From assembly GCF_009914755.1 (NCBI RefSeq), contig NC_060948.1: 64,000 nucleotides of DNA; one strand, given 5' to 3'. The stretch is from the human T2T-CHM13v2.0 reference genome, Homo sapiens. The notes below the pieces were generated by a model. It had not been told where the DNA came from. It worked only from the letters and a program-made list of their open reading frames with translations, and ran no database searches. Below are positions 19,233 through 33,900 of this stretch, piece by piece. A program made the translations under genes and the position numbers. Positions within the stretch are counted from its first letter, which is position 1. Each line of letters begins with the position of its first letter.

Positions 19233-21355
19233 AGATACATATTTTTCAAATGAAAAAAAATTTCGAAGCTACTCTGCTTGGTACAATAATCAAATGTATA
19301 AACTGAGGAATAAAACATAACCATGAAACATACTTATAACTCCATATGGAAAATACAGAAGATAATTTTTTAAATAACATATTTTGAAAGCCTTAACTAG
19401 TAATTGAAAGAGTTGGCATTTGAAAGGCCAGTATGAATATACCTTCAAAGCAGCAACACAGGTTCCCCATGAGAAAAATCAAACTCAGGGAAAATGAAAC
19501 CACAAAGGTTCAATCTCTTCTGACCTTTGAAAGACACAGCACAGACAGTGGTCCTTAGGACCAAGAGCAGGAGACCCCTAATCCCGTCACCATGGCGATA
19601 GGGCATAAACATTGCTGGGTGTGGGCACAGTCCACATTGAGAGGTCCAACTGCTGCCAGGAAGACAGGAGTGCTTTTACATAGACCGAAAGGTCATTGAA
19701 GGCTCAGAGTTCTGTTTCAAAACCTGAATCCCAAGCCCACAAGTTATTGTGCTGCGCTTCTTAAAACAAGTTATGAGATGGGAAATAGGGCACCCACAAA
19801 CATACGTATACATTATGTGTATAACAATATACAGTATCATATATATAATATATATAACCTATGTATAATATTGTTTTACATCCTGCAACCTATATTATAT
19901 ATATTGTTTATAATATAATAATTGATAATATATAAGATTATATTTATACAATATGACATATACTATATATTATACTTTATGACATATATAATATATATTA
20001 TATATCATATATAGAATATATTATATGGTTAATATACGTATTATATATAACTATACATTATATATATTATTTGTAATACATCTGTTATATATAATATACA
20101 TTATATATAATATATATATTATGTCTATGTTATATATAGTATAAAACAACATATAATAATATATAATTGTATACATAAAATATGACATATAATATATATT
20201 TTATTTTATGACATATAATATATATTTTATATTATATATAATACGTTGTATGTATCATACCTATATTAAATATATATTATATGACTATGCTATTAAATAC
20301 ATGTCATATATGTTATATATTATATATTTTACATAGAATATACTGGTTATATATAATATATTCTATGTTACCTATAATGTAGAATTTATTACATATAATA
20401 TAATGAATGTCATATATTCTATATAATTTATAATATACAATATGTGGAATGTGATATATATAACATAAAATATATGATATATGATATACAATATATGATA
20501 TATAACATACAATATATGATACACAATATATATGGTATACAATATATATTTTATGATATGTATTATATATGTTTTACATTCTGTTATATATACCTATTTG
20601 AAATTATATATAACTGTATAATATTTTATGTAAATATGTAATATAATATAAATAACTATGTAATATATTATATATACTATATATTGTGTTATCTATAGTT
20701 TTATTACCTAATTTACATAAAATATCATAATATAATTTTTATTATATTATTTTATATTACATAATATATATTATATATCACACAATATAAGTTACATACA
20801 TAACACTAAAATATAGATTATATGATGATATATTAAATATCATATATATCATGTATCATATATTGTATATTATATATTATACATTATATAATATGCATGT
20901 TGTCTATTATGAGATATATATAACTATATATATAATTATATTATTATATGTATAACTACATAAACATGTAATTCTATATGTTTTCATTTATAATATATAT
21001 AATTATATAATCATATATAATTATTTATATTCTATAAAAAATTATATCATTATATAAATTATAATATATATAAATTATAATATGTACTAAAAATATATAT
21101 ATTATATATCATATATGATATAGTATATATGTTATATATCATATTACATATAACAATGTATTATGTTTTCTCTAATTATATATTTTCCTATATAAGATGT
21201 ATAATATGTATTATATATTATATATGTTATGTAACCTATATAGTATATATAAGATGACACAGGGTAAATATTATATACTATGACGTATAAAATATATGAG
21301 GTTATATGTTAGATATAAAGCATATTACATAACATATAATATATATCATATATAA

Positions 21356-21647
<292 letters not shown>

Positions 21648-23741
21648 AGATACATATTTTTCAAATGAAAAAAAATTTCAAAGCTACTCTGCTTGGTACA
21701 ATAATCAAATGTATAAACTGAGGAATAAAACATAACCATGAAACATACTTATAACTGCATATGGAAAATACAGAGGATAATTTTTAAATAACATATTTTG
21801 AAAGCCTTAACTAGTAATTTGAAGAGTTGGCATTTGATAGTCCAGTATGAATATACGTTCAAAGCAGCAACACAGGCTCCCCATGAGAAAAAGCAAACTC
21901 AGGGAAAATAAAACCACAAATGTTCACTCTGTTCTGACCTTTGAATAACACAGCACAGACAGTGGCACTTAGTACCAAGAGCAGGAGATCCCTAATCCCG
22001 TCACCATGGCGATAGGGCATAAACATTGCTGGGTGAGGGCACAATCCACATTGTGAGGTCCAACTGCTGCCAGGAAGAGAGGAGTGCTTTTACATAGACC
22101 GAAATGTCATTGAAGGCTCAGTGTTTTGTTTCAAAAACTGAATCCCAAGCCCACACGTTATTATGCTGTGCTTCTTAAAACAAGTTATGACATGGGAAAT
22201 AGGGCACCCACAAACATACGTATACATTATGTATATAATAGTATACAGTATCATATATATAATATATATAACCTATGTATAATATTGTTTTACATCCTGC
22301 ATCTTATATTTTATAAATTATATGTAATATAATAAATGATAATATATAAGTGTATATTTATACAATATGATATATAATATATATTATATTTTATGACATA
22401 TATAATATATATTATATATCATATATAGAATATATTAAATGGTTAATATACGTATTAAATATATAATAAACATTATATATATTATATCTACATTATATAT
22501 AACATTCACTATAGATAATATTTATATTATATCTAGCTTATGTATAATATAAAATATCATATAATAATATATAATTATATATAAAATATGACATATAATA
22601 TATATTATATTTTATGACACATATATCATATATATTATATATTATATATGATACGTTGTATGTAGAATACATATATTATATATATATTATATGTCTAAAT
22701 TATTAATTATATGTAATATATGTTATATATTACATATTTTACATAGAATACACTTGTTACATAGAATATATACTATGTTACATGTAACCTCGAATTTATT
22801 ATATATAATGTAATGTATGTCATATATTATATATACTTTATAATATACAATATGTGGAATGTGATTTATATAACATGTAATATATGATATATGATATACG
22901 ATATATGATATATAACATACAATATATGATACATTATATATATGGTATACAATATATATTTTATGATATATATTATATATGTTTTGTATTATATTATACA
23001 TAACTATTTAATTATATATAACTGTATAATATTATACGTAAATATATAATATAATATAGATCCATATATTATGTTATTTATAATTTTATTACGTACATTC
23101 AAAAATATATCATAATATAATATATATTATATTATATTATTTTATATTACATAATATATATTATATATCACATAATATATGTTACATATATAATATTTAA
23201 ATATATATTATAGTATGATATATTAAATATTTTATATATTATGTAACCTATATTGTATAATATATATTATATATTATATAATATGCATGGTGTCTATTAT
23301 ATGATATATATAATTATATATATAATTATATTATACATATAACGATATAAATATGTAATTATATTTATCATTATTTATATTACATATAATTATATAATCA
23401 TATATAATAATTTATATGATATAAATAATTATATCATTATATAAATTATAGTATATATAAATTATAATATGTGATAAATAATATATATTATATATCATAT
23501 ATGATATAGTATATATGTTATATATCATATTATATATCAATTTACGTTATGTCATCTATAATTATATATTTTCATATATAAGATGTATAATATGAATTAT
23601 ATATTATATATGTTATGAAATATATATAATATATATAAAATGACATAGGATAAATGTTATATATTATGACATATGATATATATGCGGTTATATATTACAT
23701 ATGAAGCATATTACATAATATATAATATATATCATATATAA

Positions 23742-24033
23742 TTTTTTTTTAGACAGAGTTTTGTCCTGTTGCACAGGTTGCAGTACAATGGCGCCATCTT
23801 TGCTCACTGCAACATCTGCCTCACGGGTTCAAGCGATTGTGCCCCCTCAGACTCGCAGGTAGCTGGGAGTACACCACACTGGGGCTACACCAGCTGCCAC
23901 CATGCCTAGCTAATGTTTTGGATTTTTAGTAGTGACAGCGTTTCATTGTATTGGCCAGGATGGTCTTGATCTCTTCACCTTGTGATCCCCTTGCCTTGGC
24001 CTCCAAATTTGCTGGGATTACAGGCCTGAGCCA
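23742..24033 (-). mobile_element. Alu in DYZ2 unit 10 (diverged edge unit)
   Basis: Antisense Alu with AGACAGAG, GGGTTCAAGCGATT and TTTTTAGTAG alleles that differ from units 1-9. Confidence 0.95.
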
Positions 24034-27000
24034 AGATATATATTTTTTAAATGAAAAAATATTTCAAAGGTATTCTGCTTGGTACAATAATCAAATATAT
24101 AAATTGAGGGATAAAACATAACCATGGAACATATTTATAACTGCATATGGAAAATACAGAGGATAATTTTTTAAATAACATATTTTGAAAGCATTAACTG
24201 GTAATTTGAAGAGTTGGCATTTGAAAGGCCAGTATGAATATACCTTCAAAGCAGCAACACAGGTTCCCCATGGGGAAAATCCAACTCAGGGAAAATAAAA
24301 CCACAAAGGTTCACTCTGTTCTGACCTTTGAAAAACACAGCACAGACAGTGGCCCTTAGGACCAAGAGGAGGAGATCCCTAATCCCGTCACCATGGCGAT
24401 AGGGCATAAACATTGCAGGATGAGGGCACAAAACACATTGAGAGGTCCAACTGCTGCCAGGAAGACAGGAGTGCTTTTACATAGACCCAAAGGTCATTGA
24501 AGGCTCAGTGTTTTGTTTCAAAAACTGAATCCCAAGCCCACACATAATTATGCTGCGCTTCTTAAAAAAAGTTATGACATGGGAAATAGGGCACCCACGA
24601 TTACATCTACACATTATGTATATAATAATATATAGAATCTTATATATAATATATGTAACATATATATATAATACTGTTTTACATCTTGCATTTATATTAT
24701 ATATATTATATGTATTATAATAACTGGTAATGTATAAGTATTATATTTATACACTATGATATATAATAATTATATTTTATGACATATATAATATATTTTA
24801 TATATCATATACAAAATATATTATATGGTTAATATACGTTTTAAATATATAATATACATTATATATATTATATCTACGTTATATGTAACATTCACTATAG
24901 ATAATATATATATTATATCTAGCTTATATATAATATAAAATAAAATATAATAATATATAATTGTATATACAAAATATGACATATAATATATATTATATAT
25001 TATGACATATATATGATATATATTATATATCATATATAATATGTTGTATGTATAATACATATATTAAATATATATTATATGTCTATGTTATTTATTATAT
25101 GTAATATATGTTATATATTACATATTTGACATAGAATACATGTGTTACATAGAATATATTCTATGTTACATATAACGTAGAATTTATTATATGTAGTATA
25201 ATGTATGTCATATATTATAAATACTTTATAATATACAATATGTGGAATGTGATATATATAACATGTAATATATGATATATGATATACAATATAAGATATA
25301 TAACATACAATATATGATACATAATATATATGGTATACAATATATATTTTATGTTATATATTATATAAGTTTTATATTTTATTATATATAACTATTTAAA
25401 ATTATATATAACTGTATAATATTATACGTAAATATAAAATATAATATATATAACCATATATTATGTTATATATTATTTTATTACATACTTTCCATAATAT
25501 ATCATATGGACTCTTTGGAATGGTCTAGTATGCAATGCAATCGACTGGCAGGGAATCAAATGGAATGTAATCGAATGGATTGGACTGGAATGCAATGGAC
25601 TCGAATAGATAGGAAACGGAATGCAAAGGAATGGAATGAAATAGTATGGAATGGAATGGAAAGGAATGGAGTGCAATAGACTAGAGTGGAATGGAATGGA
25701 CTCGAAAGCAATGGACTGGAATGGAACTTTCTTGAATGGGCTGGAATCAAACGGAATGGAATGCCATGCAATCAAATAGAATGAAAGAGAATCAAATCCA
25801 ATCGAATGGATTGGAAAGTAATTGACTCAAATGGAATGGATTAGAATGGAAGGCAAAGGAAAGGAATCTATTGGATTGGACTGTAATGGAATGGAATAGA
25901 AGGGATTGGAATGGAATCGAATGGAATGGACTGCAATGGAAAGGATTCGAATGGAATGAAAAAGAATTGAATGGAATAGAACAGAATGGAATCTAATCGA
26001 ATGAAATGGAATGGAATAGAAAGGATTCGATTGGAATGCAATCGAAAGGAATGGAATCGAATGGAATGGAATAAAATGGAAGAAAACTGGCAAGAAATTT
26101 AATCGAAATGAATGGAGTGTTATGGAACGGACTCAAAAGGAATTGAATGTAATAGAATGGAGTGGAGTGGACTCGAATATAATGGACTGGAGTGGAATGA
26201 AATCACAAGGAATGGGAACGAATGGAATGGAATGGAAAGGAATGGAATCGAATGGAAAGGAATCGAATGGAAGGGAATGAAATTGAATCAACAGGAATGG
26301 AAGGGATTAGAATAGACTGTAATGGAATGGACTCGAATAGAATGGACACGAATGCTCAAATTGAATGGACTTGAATAGAATGGAAACGAAAGGAATGTCA
26401 TCGAATGGAATTGAATCGATTGGAATGATATCGCATAGAATGGAGTGGAATCAAATGGAATTGAATCAAAAGTAAAGGAAGCGAATGGACTGAAATGAAA
26501 TGGAATGGAATTGAATGGAAAGTAATGCAATGGAATAGAATGGAACGAAATTTCACGGAATGGAATCAAACAGAATGGAATCAAATCAATGGAATCAAAT
26601 CAAATGGAATGGAATGGAATGGAATGGAATAGATTGGATTGGAAGGGATTGGAATGCAATGGAATGGAAAGGACTCGAATTTCATGAAACGGAATGGAAT
26701 GAATTGGAACGGAATGGACTCGAATGGAATGGAATGTCATGGAATGACATCAAATGGAATGGAATCAAATGGAATGGCATCGAATGCAATGGAATGTTAT
26801 GGAATGGAATGTCCTCTAATGGAATGGATTCGATTGGAATGGAATCAAATATAATGGAGTCGAATGAAATGGAATTGAAAGGAATGGGATCGAATAGAAT
26901 GGAATATACTGGAATGTAATGTAATGAAGTCGAATGTAATTGACTGGATTGGAATGTACATGAATATAATGTAATCGAATGGAAAGTAATCCAATGGAAT

Positions 27001-27326
27001 AGAATCTAATGCAATAAAACTGACTCAAATGGAATAGAATGTAATGGAATGCACTGCAGTGCAATGGAATGGATTGGAATGGAATGAAATGCAATGGAGT
27101 GGAATGGAATGGGATGGAATGGTATGGAATGGATTGTAATGGTCTGGAGTGAAATGGACTGGAAAGGAATGGACTCAAATTGAAAGGGATCGAAAGGAAT
27201 GGAGTCAAATGGAATGTTCTGGAATGGAATGAACTCGAATGTAATGCAATCCAATAGAATGGAATCGAATGGAATGGAATATAAAGAAATGGAACCGAAG
27301 AGAATGGAAACAAATGGAATGGAATT

Positions 27327-27965
27327 GCACGGAATTGAATCGAATCGAATCTAATGTAATTGAACGGAAAAAATGGAACTGAATAGAATGGAAAACAATG
27401 GATTCGACTGGCATCTAATAGAATGAAATGGAATGCAGTGAGTTGGAGTGGATTGTAATGGAGTTGAATGGAATGGGGTGTATTTGAATTGAATGGAGTG
27501 GAGTGGAGTAAACTGGAGTGGAATGGAATAGAATGGGCAGGCATGGAATTGAAAGGCGTGGAGTGGAGTGGAATTGAGAGGAGTGGAATGGAGTAGGGTG
27601 GATTGTAGTGGAGAGTATTGGAAAAGAGTGGACTGGAATGGAATGGAATGGAATGGAGTGGAATGGAATGGAATTGAGTGAAGTGGAGTGGAGTGGAATG
27701 GAGAGTAATGGAGTGGAGTGGACTTGATTGGAGTAGATAGCAGTACATTGGACTGTACGGGATAGAAGTGGCTTGGAGTGCAATGGAGCTGAGTGGAATG
27801 GAATGGAATGGATTGGAATGGACTGGAAAGGAATGGAATGGAATGGATTTAAATGGCAGGGAATCAAATCGAATTGAATCATATTGAAAGAAGTCAAATC
27901 GACTGGAGGAAAGAAATCGAATGAAATCGAATGGAATGAATGGAAGAGAGTGCAATGTTATAGAA
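27327..27965 (+). repeat. Atypical GGAGT-rich HSat3-like segment inside the first DYZ1 unit
   Basis: Runs of GGAGTGGAGTGG between ~27440 and 27800 that are not seen in the other units. The DYZ1 register resumes at GGAATGGAGACAGATGG (~27966). Confidence 0.8.
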
Positions 27966-30900
27966 TGGAATGGAGACAGATGGAATGGAATGGAACAGAG
28001 AGCAATGGTATAGAATGCAATGGAATCATATGGAATAGAATTGAATGGAATGGAATAACATGAAATGGAATGGAATGGAATGGAAGGATCTTGAATTAAA
28101 TGGACTGGAATGGAATGGACTCGAACGGAGTGGAATGGAAAGGATTGAAATAGAATGGAATGGACTCCTTTGGAATGGTCTAGTATGGATGCAATCGACT
28201 GGCAGGGAATCAAAAGGAATGTAATCGAATGGATTGGACTAGAATGCAATGGACTCGAATAGATTGCAAACGGAATGCAATGGAATGGAATGGAATAGTA
28301 TGGAATAGAATGGAGAGGAATGGAGTGGAATAGACTAGAGTGGAATGGAATGGACTCGAAAGCAATGGACTGGAATGAAACGGTCTTGAATGGAATGGAA
28401 TCAAACGGAATGGAATGGAATGCAATGCAATCAAACGGAATGGAATAAAATAGAATGAAAGAGAATCAAATGGCATTGAATCGAAAGGAATCGAACGGAT
28501 TGGAAAGGAATAGAATGGAATGGAATGGAATTGACTCAAATGGAATGGAATAGAATGGAATGGAGTCGAATGGAAGGCAAAGGAATGGAATCTATTGAAA
28601 TGGGCTGTAATGGAATGGAATGGAAGGGATTGGAATGGACTCGAATGGAATAGACTACAATAGAAAGGATTCGAATGGAATGAAAAAGAATTGAATGGAA
28701 TAGAACAGAATGCAATCAAATCGAATGAAATGGAATGGAATAGAAAGGAATGGAATGAAATGGAATGGAAAGGATTCGAATGGAATGCAATCGAACGGAA
28801 TGTAATCGAACGCTATGAAATAAAATGGAAGAAAACTGGCAAGAAATGGAATCGAAATGAATGGACTGTTATGGAATGGACACAAAGGGAATTGAATGTA
28901 ATGGAATGGAGTGGAGTGGACTCGAATATAATGGACTGGGATGGAATGGAATCACATGGAATGGGAACGAATGGAATGGAATGAAAAGGAATGGAATCGA
29001 ATGGAAAGAAATCGAATGAAACGGAATGAAATTGAATCAACAGGAATGGAAGGGATTAGAATAGAGTGGAATGGAATGAACTCGAATAGAAAGACACGAA
29101 TGCTCAAATTGAATGGACTCGAATGGAATGGAAACGAAAGGAATGTCATCGAATGGAATTGAATCGATTGGAATGAAATTGCATAGAATGGAGTGGAATC
29201 AAATGGAATTGAATCGAATAGAAAGGAAGCGAATGGACTGAAATGAAATGGAATGGAACTGAATGGAAAGTAATGCAATGGAATAGAATGGAACGAAATT
29301 TCACGGAATGAAATCAAACAGAATGGAATCAAATCAATGGAATATAATCAAATGGAATGGAATGGAATGGAAAGGAATGGAATGGAATACATTGGATTGG
29401 AAGGGATTGGAATGAAATGGAATGGAAAGGACACGAATTTCGTGAAACGGAATGGAATGAATTGGAATGGAATGGACTCGAATGGAATGGAATGTCATGG
29501 AATGGCATCAAATGGAATGGAATCAAATGGAATGGAATCGAATGCAATGGAATGTTATGGAATGGAATGGAATGTATTGGAATGGAATGTCCTCTAATGG
29601 AATGGATTCGAGTGGAATGGAATCGAACATAATGGAGTTGAATGAAATGGAATTGAAAAGAACGGGATCGAATAGAATGGAATATACTGGAATGTAATGT
29701 AATGAAGTCGAATATAATTGACTGGAATGGAATGTACATGAATGGAATGTAATCGAATGGAAAGTAATCCAAAGCAATAGAATCTAATGCAATAAAATCG
29801 ACTGAAATGAAATAGAATGCAATGGAATGGAGTGCAGTGCAATGGAAAGGAAAGGAATGGAATGCAATGGATTGGAATGGAATGGAATGGAATGGAATGG
29901 AAAGGAATGTAATGGAATGGAATGCAATGGAATAGGATGGAATGGAATGGATAGTAATGGACTGGAGTGAAATGGACTGGAAAGGAATAGACTCAAATCG
30001 AAAGGGCTCGAAAGGAATGGAGTCAAATGAAATGGTCTGGAATGGAATGAACTCGAATATAATGCAATCCAATAGAATGGAATCGAATGGAATGGAATAT
30101 AAAGAAATGGAATCGACGAGAATGGAAACAGATGGAATGGAATTGAATGGAATGGAATTGAATGGAATGGGCAGGAATGGAATGAAATTGTATGGAATAG
30201 AAGAGAATAGAATGGAAAGCAATGGATAAGAAAGGAATGGATTGGAATGGAAGGGAATGTAGTGTAATGGACTGGCATGGAATAAACTGGAATGCTACGG
30301 TCTCGAATGGAATAAAAATGTATGGAAAGGAATGCAATGAAACGGAATCGAATGTCATAGAATGTAATGGAATGCAAAAAAATGGAGTCCAAAATCATTG
30401 ACTGGAAAGGCTGGGTGTCGAAAGGAATTGACTCCAATGGAATGGAATCAAATGGAATGGAAGTGAATAGAATCGAACTAAATCGAATGGAATGGAATTG
30501 ATAGGAAGGGAATGGAAAGGAATGGAATGATTTGGCATGGAATGGAATCGAATGGACTCGAATGGAATGGAATGGAATGCAATGGAATGGAATGTATTAG
30601 AATGTAATGAACTTTAATGGAATGCACTCGAATGGATTAGACTGGAACGGAATGTTCTGGAAGTGAATGGACTCCAATGGAATGGATTCAAAAGGAATGG
30701 AAACGAACGGAATGGAATCTAATGAAATGGAATTAAATGTAAAGGAATCAAATCGAATAGCACAGAATTGAATTGAATGGAATCGAATGCAATGGAATCT
30801 AATGAAACGGAAAGGAAAGGAATGGAATGGAATGGAATGGGCTGGAATGGAATGGAATCGAAACGAATGGAACGGAATAGAACTGAAGAGACTTGAATGG

Positions 30901-33900
30901 AATGCACAGGAATGGAAGGGAGTGTAATTGAAGGTTCTCGAAAAGACTGGAATCGAATGGAATGGAATTGAATGGAACGGAATAGAGTCGAATGGAATTG
31001 AATGGAATGGAATGGAGTAGAGTGAAATGGAATCGAGTCACAAGGAATGGACAGGAATAGAACGGTCTCGAATTGAATGGAATCATATGGAATGGAATCC
31101 AACGGAATGGAATGGACAGCAACGGAATGGAATGCACTCGAATGCAATGGAGTCGAAACTATTGGAATGGAATAGAATGGACTCGACTGGTACGGACTCC
31201 AATGGAATGGAATCGAAGGGAATGGAATCGAAAGGAATGGACTCGAAGTGAAAAGACTGCAATAGAAAGGTCTCGAATGGAATGGAAATTAATGGAATGG
31301 AATGGAATCGAATGACATGGAGTCAAAAGGAATGGAATCGAATGGCAAGAAAACGAATGTAATGGAATCGCAAGGAATGGATGTGAACGGAACGGAATGG
31401 AATGAAATCAAAAGGAATGGAATAGAATGGAATGGAAACGAATGGAATGGACTAGAATGGAAATGACTCGAATAGAATGGAATTTAACAAAATAGAATCA
31501 TATGTAAAGGAATGGAATGGAAAGGAATCGAAACGAAAGGAATGGAGACAGATGGAATGGAATGGAACAGAGAGCAATGGTATATAATGGAATGGAATCA
31601 TATGGAATGGAATTGAATGGAATGGAATAATATGAAATGGAACGGAAAGGAATGGAATGCACTTGAATTAAAGGGACTGGAATGGAATGGACTCGAACGG
31701 AGTGGAATGGAAAGGATTGAAATAGAATGGAAAGGACTCCTTTGGAATGGTCTAGTATGCAATGCAAACGACTGGCAGGGAATCAAAAGGAATGTAATCG
31801 AATGGATTGGACTGGAACACAATGGACTCGAATACATTGGAAACAGAATGCAATGGAATGGAATGGAATAGTATGGAATGGAACGGAAAGGAATGAAGTA
31901 GAATGGACTAGAGTGGAATGGAATGGACTCGAAAGCAATGGACTGGAATGGAACGATCTTGAATGGACCGAAATCAAACGGAACGGAATGCAATGCAAGG
32001 CAATCAAATGGAATGGAATAAAAGAGAATGAAAGAGAATCAAATGCAATTGAATCGAATGGAATCGAATGGATTGGAAAGGAATAGAATGGAATGGAATG
32101 GAATTGACTCAAATGGAATGGACTAGAACGGAATGGAGTCGAATGGAAGGCAAAGGAATGGAATCTATTGGAATGGACTGTAATGGAATGGCATGGAAGG
32201 GATTGGAATGGACTCGAATGGAAAGGACTGCAATAGAAAGGATTCGAATGGAATGAAAAAGAATTGAATGGAATAGAACAGAATGGAATCAAATCGAATG
32301 AAATGGAATGGAATAGAAAGGAATGGAATTAAATGGAATGGAAAGGATTCAAATGGAATGCAATCGAACGGAATGCAATCGAATGGAATGGAATCGAACG
32401 GAATGGAATAAAATGGAAGGAAACTGGCAAGAAATGGAATCGAAATGAATGGAGTGTTATGGAACGGACTCAAAAGGAATTGAATGTAATAGAATGGAGT
32501 GGAGTGGACTCGAATATAATGGACTGGAATGGAATGGAATCACATGGAATGGGAACGAATGGAATGGAATGGAAAGGAATGGAATCGAATGGAAAGGAAT
32601 CAAATGGAAGGGAATGAAATTGAATCAACAGGAATGGAAGGGAATAGAATAGAGTGTAATGGAATGGACTCGAATAGAATGGACACGAATGCTCAAATTG
32701 GATGGACTCGAATGGAATGGAAACGAAAGGAATGTCATCGAATGGAATTGAATCGATTGGAATGAAATGGCATAGAATGGAGTGGAATGAAATGGAATTG
32801 AATCGAAAGGAAAGGAAGCGAATGGACTGAAATGAAATGGAATGGAATTGAATGGAAAGTAATGCAATGGAATAGAATGGAACGAAATTTCACGGAATGG
32901 AATCAAACAGAATGGAATCAAATCAATGGAATATAATCAAATGGAATGGAATGGAATGGAAAGGAATTGAATGGAATAGATTGGATAGGAAGGGATTGGA
33001 ATGCAATGGAATGGAAAGGACTCGAATTTCATGAAACGGAATGGAATGAATTGGAATGGAATGGACTCGAATGGAATGGAATGTCATGGAATGGCATCAA
33101 ATGGAATGGCATCGAATGCAATGGAATGTTATGGAATGGAATGGAATGTATTGGAATGGAATGTCCTCTAATGGAATGGATTCGAGTGGAATGGAATCGA
33201 ATATAATGGAGTCGAATGAAATGGAATTGAAAGGAATGGGATCGAATAGAATGGAATATACTGGAATGTAATGTAATGAAGTCGAATGTAATTGACTGGA
33301 ATGGAATGTACATGAATGGAATGTAATCGAATGGAAAGTAATCCAATGAAATAGAATCTAATGCAATAAAACCGACTCAAATGGAATAGAATGTAATGGA
33401 ATGGAGTGCAGTGCAATGGAATGGAATGGAATGGAATGGAATGGAGTGGAATGGAATGGAATGGGATGGAATGGTATGGAATGGATAGTAAAGGACTGGA
33501 GTGAAATGGACTGTAAAGGAATGGACTCCAATTGAAAGGGCTCGAAAGGAATGGAGTCAAATGGAATGGTCTGGAATGGAATGAACTCGAATGTAATGCA
33601 ATCCAATAGAATGGAATCGAATGGAATGGAATATAAAGAAATGGAATCGACGAGAATGGAAACAGATGGAATGGAATTGAAAGGAATGGAATTGAATGGA
33701 ATGGGCATGAATGGAATGAAATTGTATGGAATAGAAGAGAATAGAATGGAATGCAATGGATAAGAAAGGAATGGATTGGAATGGAAGGGAATGTAGTGTA
33801 ATGGACTGGCATGGAATAAACTGCAATGCTACGGACTCAAATGGAATAAAAATGTATGGAATGGAATGCCATGAAACGGAATCGAATGTCATAGAATGTA

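Noticed and set aside
25522-28176. 2655-bp period as a separate ~2.7-kb repeat family
   Set aside because: It occurs once and is explained by the replaced segment plus small deletions in an otherwise colinear DYZ1 unit. A link to other short Y HSat3 units would need an alignment.
26816-28249. 477-aa minus-strand ORF and the many other (IPFHS)n / (MEWNG)n ORFs
   Set aside because: These are translations of CATTC/GGAAT pentamers, which contain no stop codon in the pure repeat. They have no domain content, and ORF limits shift with single SNVs.
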